This document shows positions 1 through 13,090 of a stretch of 64,000 nucleotides of DNA, in pieces. A program made the translations under genes and the position numbers. The first letter of the stretch is position 1, and each line of letters opens with the position of its first letter. The stretch comes from the human T2T-CHM13v2.0 reference genome, Homo sapiens: assembly GCF_009914755.1 (NCBI RefSeq), contig NC_060928.1. The stretch is one strand, 5' to 3'. Below the pieces are notes generated by a model that saw only the letters and a program-made list of their open reading frames with translations, ran no database searches and was not told where the DNA came from.

Positions 1-320
1 CAAGGCAGAGCTTGCAAGGTGACCATAAGTTCATGCAAGTATTAGAACCAATTACAGCCGCTGTTTTAGAAATGGTGTCTTTTCTAAAGTATTTTAGCAT
101 GACCTGTGACACAAGATAGGCGGCCATTGATCAAGAGAATGTATTATTTCTATCCCTACCAAAAATGAGGATCAGAGAAAGTTTCATTCACTTGCAATAG
201 ATAACAGTATACATTTACAGTCTTGCTTCCAGGTTACGTTAGCTTTCCTACCCTCTTTCACAATATAATTCTAAGAGAACTCTACTAGCCTGGCATCGCA
301 TAGAACACAACTTAGGTCAA
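1..320 (+). mobile_element. ERV-L (class III ERV) pol/reverse-transcriptase relic, truncated by the window edge and by the adjacent L1
   Basis: Manual translation gives PITAAVLEMVSFL...AAIDQENVLF...QYTFTVLLPGYVSFPTLFHNIILREL, with frameshifts and stops. This matches the ERV-L RT pattern PIAAAVPDVVSLL...YAAIDLANAFFSIP...[26 protein letters not shown]. Confidence 0.8.
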
Positions 321-324
321 ATTT

Positions 325-2200
325 TCATTTATTCTTTTCCAATACATATATTTTCTGTCTTTTCCTTGACTCTTTGCAATGACAGGGGCCCCAAGTACAA
401 AGTTCAATAGTAGTGGTGATAGTATATATCTGTGTCTTCTTCCTGACCTCGTAGGAAATTCTTCCAGTGTTTCACTATTAATTATGATCTTGGCTATGTT
501 GTTTAATCAGAGTTTGGCATTGCCCTTTATTCCTACTTTGCTAAGAATTTTAATGACAATGAGTTTATGTAGAATTTTGTAAAATGCCTTCTCTTCACCT
601 AAACGCATGAAGATTTTTTCATTTTATAAACGTAAATAATTATTTTGATTGGTATAAAAATCTTTAATCAATGTTGACTTCTTGAAGTTAAACCAATTTG
701 GCTTGGAAGCATTATTATTTACATGTGTATACTTTCAGCTCACATTTTAATGAGAACTTTTACCTCTATGCTCATAAGAAAGATTGGCCTTAATATGCCA
801 TATTTTTATTATCTTAAAATATTAAAATGATAATCATTCTATCATTATGTTCAAAATGTTTATTTTTAATGTTGTTTTTATTTTGAAGATGTTTAGAACT
901 ATATTGTTAATTTCCTTATATTTACAAATTTTAAATTGTTACCCTATTCATTATTTCTATCTTTCCAATGGTAAGGTAATTTTTGTGAATGTATTTAATC
1001 TTTTGAAATGTGTAGATACTTCATGGGCAAATCTAAGCACAGTCTTTTGTTTCTCCCATTTGAACATAATGTGTCTTTCCTTCTCGGGTTTTTAAAAGTT
1101 TCTTTCCAAATTTGATTCCCAATGGTTTTATTTGCTGTGTCTGGAATGAGTTCCCTTTTACTTATTCTTTTTGGGCTCATAGCATTTCTTGAAATCTAGT
1201 CCTTAATGTCTTTATTCAGCCATAGAGAAATTTCAGATCTTATCTCTTCAAATATTACTTCTTTGACATTCTCTATTCTTATTATACTGGATTCTAATTA
1301 CAGATTTGTTTGATTTTTCAGCAAGCCGCCTCCCACACCACATAGTTTCCAGTTTCTTTTTAATTCTGTTCTTTAGTTTGAATACTCTCTACTGACCTAT
1401 TTTCAAGTTATTCTTCTTTTCTAGCTTTTTCTAAAATGCTCTTAATCATATCTACTGAATTCTTAATTTAGTTATTACGTTTTTCATTTCTAGAATTTCT
1501 GTTTGAATATTTTTATTTATCCAATTATCTGATAAAATTCTATACCCTGTTATCTTCTTGAACATATTATTCATAGTTATCTTAAAGTCCAAGTTTAGTC
1601 ACTTCATTATCTGAATCACCTTTGATCTATTTCTATTGCCTATTTCGCTTTCTTTACTTATCTGATGTTTTTCAAATGAATAGCAGGCATTTTATATTTT
1701 AAAATGTTGCAGCTATAGATAATTTTGCCTTCTGCTAGAAAAAATTTATCCTACTGTCTTCCAGGCATCTAGAGATCTCCATAGTGTAATTGAGACTGAA
1801 ATGTTTCAAAATTCTATAAACCTCTGCTCCATCTCATATTTATACCAATTCCTTCTAGAAATCTCAACTTACACTTTGGAATGTTTATAGAGTTTCTTCT
1901 CCTGGTAGATATTTAGTATTTTAGCCATTCATAATCAAGGAACTGATTAATATTATGCTATGCTTTTTAGCCATGTTCTAACAGGCATCTTAGCCTCTAG
2001 CTCTGGGTAGTTTAAGCGATGTAAAGAGTATTAGGTGTATTTTAATGAACATGTCTGTGATTTTCACTCCCCAAGCTTTAACTGCCTTGGCAGTTCTTCA
2101 ATGCCTTCAAAAATTAATTATTTTAGTGTTTACTTCGGCTTTTTCTTTGGTTTTGGTGAAAGGATTCACGTACTATAAGCTACTCTATCATAACCAGAAG
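325..2200 (-). mobile_element. Ancient L1M LINE-1 fragments (ORF2, ORF1 and 5' part), antisense
   Basis: 'aagttcaatagtagtggtgatagtatatatctgtgtcttcttcctgacc...cttccagtgtttcactattaattatgatcttggctatg' resembles antisense L1 ORF2. 1130-1750 resembles antisense L1M ORF1, with a T-rich strand. Boundaries are approximate. Confidence 0.7.
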
Positions 2201-2962
2201 AGGGATCCCCCAAAGTGCTATAAAAGTTGAGGGGAAGAAAACATGTCACACAATAGTATTTTAATGAAGCAGCCATTATGACATGTTTTCTTGTTTCCTT
2301 TTAGCCTATCTGCATGCATTCCACTAAAATGATTTATTGAAACATAATCTGAGTATAGTATTTACTCATTAAAAATTTTAAATGAATACTACCACATGTG
2401 CCAGAGTAATTTTCTCCATATAATGCTCATAGCGTCCAGGTCTTTTAAGCTTTTCAAGATTTTATAAAATTATTTGAAAAGTGAGCAAAACTGGCTTTAG
2501 TAAATGTTAATTTAATTTTTATAAACGTGATGTCAATTAACTGCAACTCAACACAAACTTCATATAAAAATTATTTTTTGTAGAACATGACAGTATTTTA
2601 GTATTTTTGATATTATATAAAACAGATTTGAAAAAGTAAACCTAAAACCTTCAAAGTTGGTGAAATGTCCTAAATTTTAAATAGTCTTATTAAGATCTGT
2701 TTTATGCACACTATTTGTTTTTGTTTTTTATTTTGTAGGGCTGGACTAGCCTTACAACCCTATTCTCAATAGTTTTTGACATATCTGGAACTACCTGGAC
2801 AAATTCAAACATTACCATTATTATTTTGTTTTTATCCATGTCTTTACCGGTAAAATTTTTATAACATATGACTAAATGGTATTCTTTGTCCACCAGTAGA
2901 ACACCATTTCTGTTTTAATTCTTTCCCAGCCATCCCCTTCATTTGGCTTCTATTATATATTT

Positions 2963-5374
2963 CAGGCATCTCTTAGAGATATGAATTATGTTCCAGACTA
3001 CCACAATAGTGCAAACATCACAATAAAGTGAGATATAGGAATTTTTCTGAGTCTCCAAAGTACATATAAAAGTTATGTTTACATTATACTGTAATCTGTT
3101 ATGTGTGCAGCAGCATTATGTCTAAAAATAGTACATACCTTAATTTGAAAATACTTTATTGCTAAAACCTGGTGGTAAGGATCATCTGAGCCTTTTGTGA
3201 GTTGTAGTCTTTTGGCTAGTGGAGGGTCTTCCCTTGATGTTGATGGATGATGGCTGATCAGTGTAGTGGTTGCTAAGGATGAGGGTAACTGTGGCAATTT
3301 TTAAGATTAGGACAACAATCAATTTTGCCGCATTGATTGACTCTTCCTTTTGCAAAAGATTTTTCTGTAGTATGGGATGCTGTTTGAAAGTATTTTTGCC
3401 ACAGTAGAACTTCTTTCAAAATTGGAATCAATCCTCCCAAAGCCTGCCCACTGCCTTATCAACTAAGTTTATGTAATATTATATATCCCGTGCTGTTATT
3501 TCAATGGGGCATCTTCACCAGGAGTAGATGGCATTTCAAGAGACCACTTCCTTTGCTCATTGATAAGAAGCAACACCTTATTTTTTAAAATTTATCATGA
3601 GATCACAGCATTTCAATCACATTTTCAGGCTCCATTTCTAATTATCTTTCTTTGGTTATTTCCACCACATCTACAGTTATTTTCTTCATTGAAGTCTTGA
3701 ATCCTTCAAGTCATCCATGAAGGTTGGAATCAACTTCTCCAAAACTCCTCATAATGCTGATATTTTGACCACCGCACACTAATCATAAATGTTCTTAGAG
3801 GCATTTAGAATCATGAATGCTATCCAGAAAGTTGTCAATTAATTTTTCCCAGATTCATCCCAGGAATCACTATCTAAGGAAGCTACACTTTACAAAAGGT
3901 ATTTCTTAAACAAGAAGACTTGAAAGTTAAAATTCCTCCATGATTCATGGGCTGAAGAATGATGTTGTTTTAGCAGGCATTTAAACAACATTCATCTTCT
4001 TGTACATCTCCATTAGAGCTCTTGGGTGACCAGACGCATTGTTAATGAGCAGTAATATTTTGAAAGAAATCATTTTTTTCTGAGAAGTATGTCTCAACAG
4101 TGGACTTCAAATATTCAGTAAACCATGCTATAAACAGATGTGCTGTCATCCAGGCTTTGTTGTTCCACGTATAGAGCACAGACAGAGTATATTTAGCATC
4201 ATTCTTAGGAGCCCTAGGATTTTCAGAATGGCAAATAAGCATTGGCTTCAAGTTAAAAGTCACCAGCAGCACTAGCTCCTAATAAGAATGTTAGCCTGTC
4301 CTTCGAAGTTTTGAAGCCAGACATTGACTTCTCTCTAGCTATGAAAGTCCTAGATGGCATCTTTTTCAAATACAAGGCAGTTGTATCTACACTGAAAATC
4401 GATTATGTAGTGTAGTCGCCATCATCAGCTCTTTTACCTAGATCATCTGGAAAACTTGCTGCAGCTTTTATATCAGCACATCAGCTTTTACATCACCTTG
4501 CACTTCATCTTACACTATTAGGTTATTGTGAAGGCTTTCCTTAAATCTCATGAACCAACCTCTGCTAGCTTCAAACTTTTCTTTTGACATTTCCTCACCT
4601 CTCTCAGTCTTCCTAGAATTGGTGAGAGTTAGGGCCTAGCTATGTATTAGGCTTTGCCTTAAGGAAAGGTTAGGGTTGGTTTGATCTTCTATCCTACCAC
4701 TAAAACTTCCTTGATACCAGCAATAAAGTTGTTTTGCTTCCTTATTATTTGTGTATTCACTGGAGTAGTATATTTAATTTTCTTTAAGAACTTTTCCTTT
4801 ACATTCAAAATTTGGCTGTTTGGCATAAGAGACCTAGCTTTTAGCCTATCTCAGCTTTTGACATGCCTTTCTCACTAAGCTTAATCATTTCTAGCTTTTG
4901 ACTTAAAGTGAGGTAACTGTGACTCTCTTTCACTTGAACATTTAGAGGCTATTGGGCTATTACAGGGTGATTAATTGGCTTACTCTCAATATTGTTGTGT
5001 CTCAAGGAATAGGAAGACCCAAAGAGAGGGAGAGACAAGGAAACTACATGCTGGCGGAGCAGTGAGAACACACACAATATTTTTCAATTAAGTTTCCCAT
5101 CTTATATGGGCATGCTTAGTGTGCTTCAAAACAATTGCAATAATTATATCAAAGATTACTGATCACAGATCACTGTAACAGATATTACAATAATGGAAAA
5201 GAAATATTGTAGAAATTACCAAAATGTGACACAGAGGCACAAAGGAAGGCCATGTTGGGAAAATGGTGCTGATAGACTTGCTGAATGCACTGTTGCCAAA
5301 AATCTTCAATTTGTAAAAAATAAAATATCTGCAAAGCACAATAAAGTGAAGCACAATAAAATGAGGTATGTCCG
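2963..5374 (-). mobile_element. Full-length Tigger1 DNA transposon (pogo/TcMar-Tigger) with a decayed transposase
   Basis: Terminal inverted repeats CAGGCATCTC (2963) and GAGGTATGTCCG followed by TA (5374); length about 2.4 kb. ORF 4042-4272(-) [16 protein letters not shown]...[19 protein letters not shown] is the DDE domain. The N-terminus LTLSQKLEMIKLSEKGMSKAEIG* near 4840-4910 carries a stop codon. Confidence 0.95.
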
Positions 5375-6314
5375 TATAGACATTTGGCTTCTGTTATATA
5401 TATTACATATACTGTATTATCTATTTCTAGTATTTATAAAAATAATCAAATTTATGTTTACATTTTTCTGTGTATGTTCATTTTTAAGCTTCTGAGCATC
5501 AAAGGTTGTGCCTTAAAAGATATGATACATAGTATGTGATAAGTAAATGCATATTTTATTTAAAATGGAATTTCAATAAGTTTTAAGGGTTAGGTAGACT
5601 ATCTACAGACTTTAATAGGGAGAAAAGTGTTTATGAAGGAAGTGTACAATCACCAGCTGCAGGTGCATTTGGAAAAAGATTTTCTATTTGACTGGAATCC
5701 AGTATATGTATAAAGTTGGTGTCATCGATAAGTTCTGAAATAGAGGTTAAGACAGTTATCAAATGTTTTGAAGTTTAGACAGAAGAATTTTAAGAACTAT
5801 ATTGTTGACTATTAGATATTTTTAAAGAAGGAATATTAAAAGTAGATCTTTTCTCTAGGAGAATTCATATGATATATGTTTCTCACGGCCTTAACAAGAG
5901 CAGAGGCAATAGGGATAAGCATAAACACCTAGAATCAAAAGGATTAAGCAATTGATTGAACTGGTGGGACACAGAAGAAGACAATTTAAACACTACTTCC
6001 TAAGAGCAAATTTTGGTTTGGTTGAATACTGATAGTCTGTATGTATTAAATGATTTACACTAGAACTTGTTAATATTATACTTTTATTGTAATGTAAGAC
6101 TATGTGTTATGATGTATTCTGCTTGGTGGTTTCCAGAACAAATCTAAGGTACAATCTACTTTATTTACCTGATTCTTTCTTCTATTTTATAACAACCAAT
6201 GTTACATAGTGACTCCAAAGTGTGCCAGAAAACTAAATTTTGGTTCACTGCCAAGAAGAGTTTGAATTTTTCATTATTTTAATTTTCCAAATATTTCCCC
6301 ATGTTTGGTATTTG

Positions 6315-6537
6315 TGTGTCTCAGTTGTCTTCTCAGGCTGCCATAACAAAATTCCAGAGACTGGGTAGTTGAAACAAGAGAAATTTATGTTCTCACAGTT
6401 CTGGCAGGTTGGAAGTCCAAGGTCAAGGTGCTGGCCAATTCAGTTCCTGATGAGGGCTCTGTTTGTGGCTTGTAGATGGTGGCCTATCCATCTCACTCTG
6501 TCCTCAAATAGGAGAGAGAGAGAGACAGAGAGAGGGG

Positions 6538-6569
<32 letters not shown>

Positions 6570-6745
6570 AACAGCTGTTTGCTATCTCTTTTTATAAGGG
6601 CATTAATCCCATCATGAAAGCCTACTCTCATTATCTCATGTGAACCTAATTATGTCCCAAAGGTTCCATCTCAAAACACCACCAGCTCATCAGGGCTAGG
6701 GCTTCCACATATGAATTTTAGGGAGACACAATTAAGTCCATAGCA
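6315..6745 (-). mobile_element. MLT1A0-like MaLR solo LTR
   Basis: 'ggctgccataacaaaa...ttctcacagttctgg...aagtccaaggtcaaggtg' and the end 'atatgaattttagggagacacaattaagtccatagca', which is the reverse complement of the MLT1A0 5' end TGCTATGGACT. Confidence 0.85.
6511..6570. repeat. (GA)n microsatellite inside the MLT1 LTR
   Basis: Run of gagagagaga seen directly in the sequence. Confidence 0.95.
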
Positions 6746-6748
6746 GAG

Positions 6749-6807
6749 AGTGTGTGTGTGTGTGTGTGTGTGTGTATTTGTATGTGTGTGTGTGTGTGTG
6801 TGTGTGT
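6749..6807. repeat. Interrupted (TG)n microsatellite
   Basis: Two tgtgtg runs separated by 'atttgta'. Confidence 0.95.
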
Positions 6808-9014
6808 TTCTTGTTACATAATATTTTTGGCTTTCTATTTGAGTGAGAAAATAGAAAAAGAATCAATGTATACTAGCTAAAAGCAGTCCTTGTCCAAATA
6901 TCCAAGTATATCATAGAGAATGGCAGCCCCACCCTGCTAGTTTTTTTTTCCTGGAGTCAGTAAGAAGTATTGCTAAATGGCCCCAGGAGGACAGTCACTG
7001 CCTCTGCGCTTTGCATTCCCAGAGAGAGGGTACTGAGAACCACTTCAGCTGTCTAGGCCTCTTAAAGCTGAAGTTAGGATATTGAGACTGGCCTGGGGGG
7101 AAAATGTGTCATCTGTTTTCTGTAAGCTCTTTGGCTTTGATTCAGTCAGCAGCTTTTAAATGCCAGCATATTGTGGCTTTAAGGTTTAATTAAAGGGATT
7201 AACATAACAAATCCAGGAAAAAGATAACCATATTACACGGCTTTGGGTTTACCAATAAAACATAAAAATAATTAAGATAATTTGATTTCCTGCTTTTGGC
7301 AATACTTTTTTCCAGATTTATACTAAACAATGCACACAAAAGCCCAGTGAGCAGAGACCAGACTTAGCCATATGTTCAGTACAGAAGCTACAAGAACAGG
7401 TGTGAAAATGTGTTGATCAATACTACTAATTTTTAGCAATCAGTAAAACGTAGTATATCCCTAAATGTAGTAAATACCAGTCCTTAGAATTTATTTAGTT
7501 AAGAGTTTTTAGGAATGTTAAAGTTTTATGTTTTGGAACAAAATTCATGCCTTTTTGTTGGTAATATAAATATACAATGAGAATGGGATGAAGCAATGTC
7601 CAATGCTACCAGTGCAAAATGGCTAGAGTATTGCTTTGAAGAAAACGAAGTATTTATAGGAGCAATTTATGTTTTCAAAACTTGTCTGTTAGGTCAAAAT
7701 GTTTCTACAACTCACAAAGGAGTTTCACTGTGCAATATACTATCCAGGGTCTTTGCCAGATAAGCAAGCCACATATCATGAAGTGAACCAAGTTTTTGGG
7801 GGCATACATTCTTCTCACCTCAACCCAGGTGTCTTCTTTTACAATGCCTCATATAATATTAGAACAGATCTATGATAGAGGTAAAGGGAACATTCTACTC
7901 CTTTCCCATTTTATTTTGTTTCTTTCAAAATCAAGCAGCTTTCATTTATTTCATTTAGTTTTATAAACAAAATAGTAAAGAAGGCATGCAATTAATATCT
8001 TTATCATTTCTACTCAGAAACATAGAAAATACAGATAATTTTTATTTGGTTACAGCTCACAGCTCAGGTATACATGGTGAATAAGAAAATCCTTTCTATT
8101 TAATTTAGCTACAAATTTAGCAAAACAGATGCAAATACAAGACAATGTGCTGACATAACAGTAGATAAGCAAATAACACATGGACTGCTCTTACCTTTCT
8201 TTCCTAAATTTATAGCCATTAATCAGTAAATTACATGTCTCTTGACTCATTCATGTATCTCTTCTTGAATAAGTACATTCTGAATATTTTAAATATTGTT
8301 TTGTATGGTGGATTTTATAGTTGGCAGTGACATGCAGGAATTTCCCCATTATCTCTAGCATGATCTAAAAACCCAATGAAAAAATAAGTAAGAAAACCAG
8401 TTTAAAAGAAAACAATAGTTGCATGTAAAACAATAAAACAAAATATGAGAACGTGTTATGTTTATTTGGAGATTTTCTTTAATCCTAGCTGACAGTAAAG
8501 GGATTTACAGAACCTCAAAAACTGTATAACTGTCTGTACACTTAGATTGTTCTGTACTTTTCAAACTAACACTATTTTCAATACTGCTTGGGTACAGTGG
8601 TCTATAATTAGAGCTCAGATTTTGCAAACCATTTGCCTTAGAATAAAATATGTTTTTGGTCTGGGATTCTAACAGTAAAAAATAAACGAGAGCTTGGTCA
8701 TCTGTAGGGATCTTTCTGGGGTCCATTCTAAGACACACTTAAAATATATCAATGATAAAATGTCTCTCTGGATTTATCAGGAAGACATCAATCTGAAATG
8801 CTCGTAATAAAAAATAAACTAATATCATCAGCTTTAAAGTCAGGTAATGCTGAATGACAGAAGCATTTGGTAACTGAAACAAGGAAAGGAAATCAGAGCT
8901 AAAAAATCTGTCAGGATCACTTTTGGAGAAATTCAGGGAGTATGTATTCCGATTCAAAATTATTCTTCTTGTAATTAGATAGAAAGAGTCTCAGAGTGAA
9001 GATCATTGACTATT

Positions 9015-9560
9015 GTAGGAGGATTTTGGTTGTAAATAGGAGAAAGGAGAGCCAAGTGGACTTAAATAATGAAGGGAATTATTGGCTCATGTAATTGCCT
9101 GGTTGTGGACTTGGCAGGGATTTGTCTGTTATTCAAGTAATTTCACTTAACCTTCAGTTACTTTCCCTATTTCCTGGTTTTATTTCCTTCGGATTGGTGC
9201 CATGGGCAGAATCTTTCCTTATTTTATCAAAAATGTTATAAGCCGCCCAGAACCATAAGCTTCCTCACTCATGTCTGGCTGCAAAGAGGTCATTTGTTTC
9301 CAAGGACCTTCAAGAAAAATTCTGAAGACTGCTCTGATGAGATCTACCTAGAACACGTGCATAAATTTAAAATAATTGCACGGGATAAGATTAGGATTAA
9401 TTATATTCATTATGCCTTCACCCCTGGAGCTGAGGTGGGGTCAATCCCATGCAAATTAAGGTATCAATATATGGCAGAGAATGATAGATTCCCAAGGAAA
9501 ACTTGAGGTGCTTCCCAAAAGATGGGGATGTGGTGGGAAATAGATGTTTCTCACCTAAAT
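9015..9560 (-). mobile_element. Old MLT1 (J/K/L-like) MaLR LTR
   Basis: 'aggattttggttgtaaatagg...acttaaataatgaagggaattattggctcatgtaa' resembles the end of old MLT1 LTRs; highly diverged. Confidence 0.5.
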
Positions 9561-9614
9561 CTGCATATATTCACTGACTAAGACAATATTAACACAAGAA
9601 ACATAAAGAGTTAC

Positions 9615-10175
9615 TCTAATATGTAATTCCACAAAGCTAGCAGCCTGAAACAAAATCCATGTATTACCTTCCACTTCTGTAGGTCACAAGTCTAGCTCAC
9701 CATTCCTGAAATCAAAATCAAGGTGTCAGTCAGGCTGTTTTCCTCAGAGCCTCCTGGGAAAAATCTCCTCACAAATAATTCTTGTTGTTGACAGCATTCA
9801 TTTCTTTGCAGTTGTAGGACTCATATCCCCTTTTCTTGCTGACTCTAGGCTGGAGGTCGTTCTTAGCTCTTTGATCCTTTTCACGTGACCTTGTTCATCT
9901 TAAAGCCAGCAAGGGCTCAGTGAATTCCTCTCTTGCTTCAAATATCTGATTTCCTTTTCTACAACTCTCTGGAGAAAAACTATACTTTTACAGGTTCATA
10001 TGATTAGATCAGGTTAACCCAGAAAAACCTCTCTACCTAAAAATCAACAGTGCCAAATAACCAAACCTAATCCTGGTAGCACGAACAATTATATTCCACC
10101 AGGGAATTACTCAGGACATATACACCAGAGAGAGCAGATGATCTTTGGGGAAAACCTGGATTCTGTTTAACACAT
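9615..10175 (-). mobile_element. MLT1E-like MaLR LTR
   Basis: 'ctgaaatcaaaatcaaggtgtcagtcaggctg', 'ttgttgacagcattcatttctttgcagttgtaggact' and 'catatgattagatcagg'. Confidence 0.7.
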
Positions 10176-13090
10176 TTACCTAATTACTTTTGGCCTATTA
10201 ATTGGTCTCTTAAGTAAGTTCTTAACATCTCTCCACTTTAGAAAAGTATTTTCCATTATCATGCCAGATATATTTTCAGGGAGAGAAATTAATTGTCATT
10301 CACGTTTAGCAATTAGGGCCTTTGAAATTTGAAGTGTTTAAATTGTTAAATTATTTTTTTGATCCTGTAATTTGATGATTCAACCAAAGACTGATCAGCC
10401 TCTGAGTTTCCCTTGAAATGGTCAGTTACCATCTTATCTGTGATCATTACAATGTGCTTAATTGTCGTGGGTTCAATTTTCCCTACTCCATTATCTTCCC
10501 ACTCATACTGAAATCTGATTGTTAGTTACTCACTTACTATGTATTCATAAAAATAAATCCCATCTGTAATGCCATATTTAAAAAGGTCATTTAAACAAGT
10601 GGGCAGGATGCAAAAGCTTATGATGGGGAAAGAGACATTTATGGTGCTTCTCTGAACATAATGAAACTGAAATATTGAAGATTTCAGTACACCAAAATAG
10701 CTAAAACAGTGTATATATTATAATGCAAACAAAAATATCAGTGACATATTCCCAGAATTACTTTTTACTCTTTTCCTTTTGTTAGCATATTTTTGATAAA
10801 GGAATTAAAGAAACAGAATCGGTTAAAAGTAAACTTGATTGCTTCACCTCTAATTCAACACACTTTTCCATATGTACCATCACTTTCAATACCAGTTTTC
10901 TCGTTTTTCCTTCTTGATCTCTGCTCCTTCATTATTCTTTATATTCGATAATAAAAGCCCAATTCCCTCTGAGAATCTGATAAAAATCCATTGCTCTTTA
11001 TGCCACAGAAATGAATATATGCATATGTATACAACATTTTGCTTTCAATTTGAAAGGCTCACCGATCCTGAAACTCTCTCCACTTCATATCTCCTGAGTT
11101 TTGGTATTTATTTTTTTGAAAATATATTTAACTACTCTCCCTCTCTGTTGCTGTAGCTCTCAGCCTATGATAAGCTTTTCTCTCTTATATCTCGTTTACT
11201 GCCATCATATCCTTGCCCTTTCCAGACAATAGTGTATCTATACTCAATACTCTTCACACATAGATAAGGTTTAAACATCTTTTTCTAAAAAATCTCTTTT
11301 GATATATTTGTTTATTCAAATGTCTCCCTCTATCTCCTTTAGTGTTCATTCCTCTCCTCTAACTTACAAAGCCCCTTTCCATCTCTTTTCCCTAAAGCCA
11401 ATAGCTCATTCCATTCCCTAATTACTGGTTGTGGAAAACGCTTAGACAAGTGTCTTCCTGGCTTCAACTAAATTGAAATACTTCTGAGTGAAGTAGTTAA
11501 CCTATTCCTTGCTGCCTGCATGCCTTTTTTGCAGGTGACTTCAGAGCTACCCTTAAAGCCCTCACCTCATCTGTCTACCCTCCTGCTGTATATTTATTTT
11601 TCAGGTATATGTAGGATGTTCAATGTTAATTTCAAAGAATTTTTACTCTGTTCATTTTCACTATTTATAAACAGCAAAGTGAGAAAGAAAAACAGAGTCT
11701 ACGTCCTTTGTTCCTGTCCTATCTTTCTTCCCCTTTCCACTGCTAATTAAGAGTATTGTATTGTCTATAAAAGCTCCCATAAGCATGTAAATAAATACTA
11801 ATAGGGAAAATAAATATTTTGATAAATTACATTTTCTATATTTTTTCAAAAATATAGAAAAAACTGACTTTACAGAATTGAATATATTTTAAAATCCTGT
11901 TTTAAAAATCTGCTGTCAATTATCTTAAAAAAAAACCTTACTTGTAATACAATATTAAAACAGGCATATATATAACCTTGAAAATAAAATGTTAAGTGGA
12001 GGTGAAATTTTTCATTCTCTGTGAAAAAAAAAAAATGAAATGGGCTAAGTTTTAAAAGTTGCTCAGAGGTTAACTTTTTAATGAAACAATATATGGATTC
12101 GATTTCAAAAAATAAACCCCAACACTGGAAGCAGAGTTTTTGACCCTACATCATATCTGGATCCTGATGTCTGACAACAGAATGAAGAAAAGGGGAACAA
12201 AAAGAAAAATCAATGTGAATCATATTAGTGTCTGGTGCAGAGAAAGGGCAGTGGTTTTAAGAGTAACTCTTACTATGAAAAGACCCAGATAGCACTAATT
12301 CAGTGAGTGAGGGGCTCAGTGACTGAGAAGGAACACATAGTAAAGGGATAATGCTTTTATGGCTGTAAAGCACCTGGTTTTGTTTAGGACAATATATTGA
12401 CTTCTTATGGCTCTTTTCTGGTGGCAGGCTCCCAGGCCAGAATGGAAAGAAGACATTTTGTCAAGAGTTTCTTCAAATACACAGACAATAGCAATACAAT
12501 TATCTATGGATGCACAAATTTTTTGCATGAATTCTCTGGGAAGTATACCAATTCTCTCAGTGACATTAGCAAAGTCAATCAAGAATCAATGTAGCTATTT
12601 AGAAATAGAAATACCTGCAGGAATTATGGGGAATGGGAGTTGGGAAGAAAAGAAATTTAGCCACCAGAACAGCCATTTCCACTTTTCAATGCTGAAAGGA
12701 GAAAATTGGATGATGAAGACACATGATCATTGTATGTTATTAATTTACACAGTTACTCTACCTCTAGGCTGGTGGCCTAAGGAAATACCTGTTATTTTTA
12801 TATTTACATTTTCATTGGTGTAGATTAGGCATTGTGGGAATTCAGAGTGTCAAGCCAACACAATAAAGTGACAATCTTAACAACCTACCTTAGGAGGTGC
12901 TGAAAAACTGTTCCCTTTAGAACTATATCCTGCCCGCCTCTTCATGCTGCTCATAGAGAATAGCACCTGTTAGACTAATTCTTGCCAAATAAAGTTTTTA
13001 ACTGATGACTTTAAAGAGTAGCTATTTGGAAGTAGAGAGCATTACATAGATTTTATGGAGTTCATTTGCTCCCCTTGTTTTATCTGTAGG

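Noticed and set aside
4042-4272. Transposase-like ORF as a TIGD-type gene
   Set aside because: It is a fragment of a Tigger1 copy with stops and frameshifts elsewhere in the transposase.
6369-6631. ORFs with RERERE / SLSLSL tracts
   Set aside because: Translation of a (GA)n microsatellite inside an MLT1 LTR.
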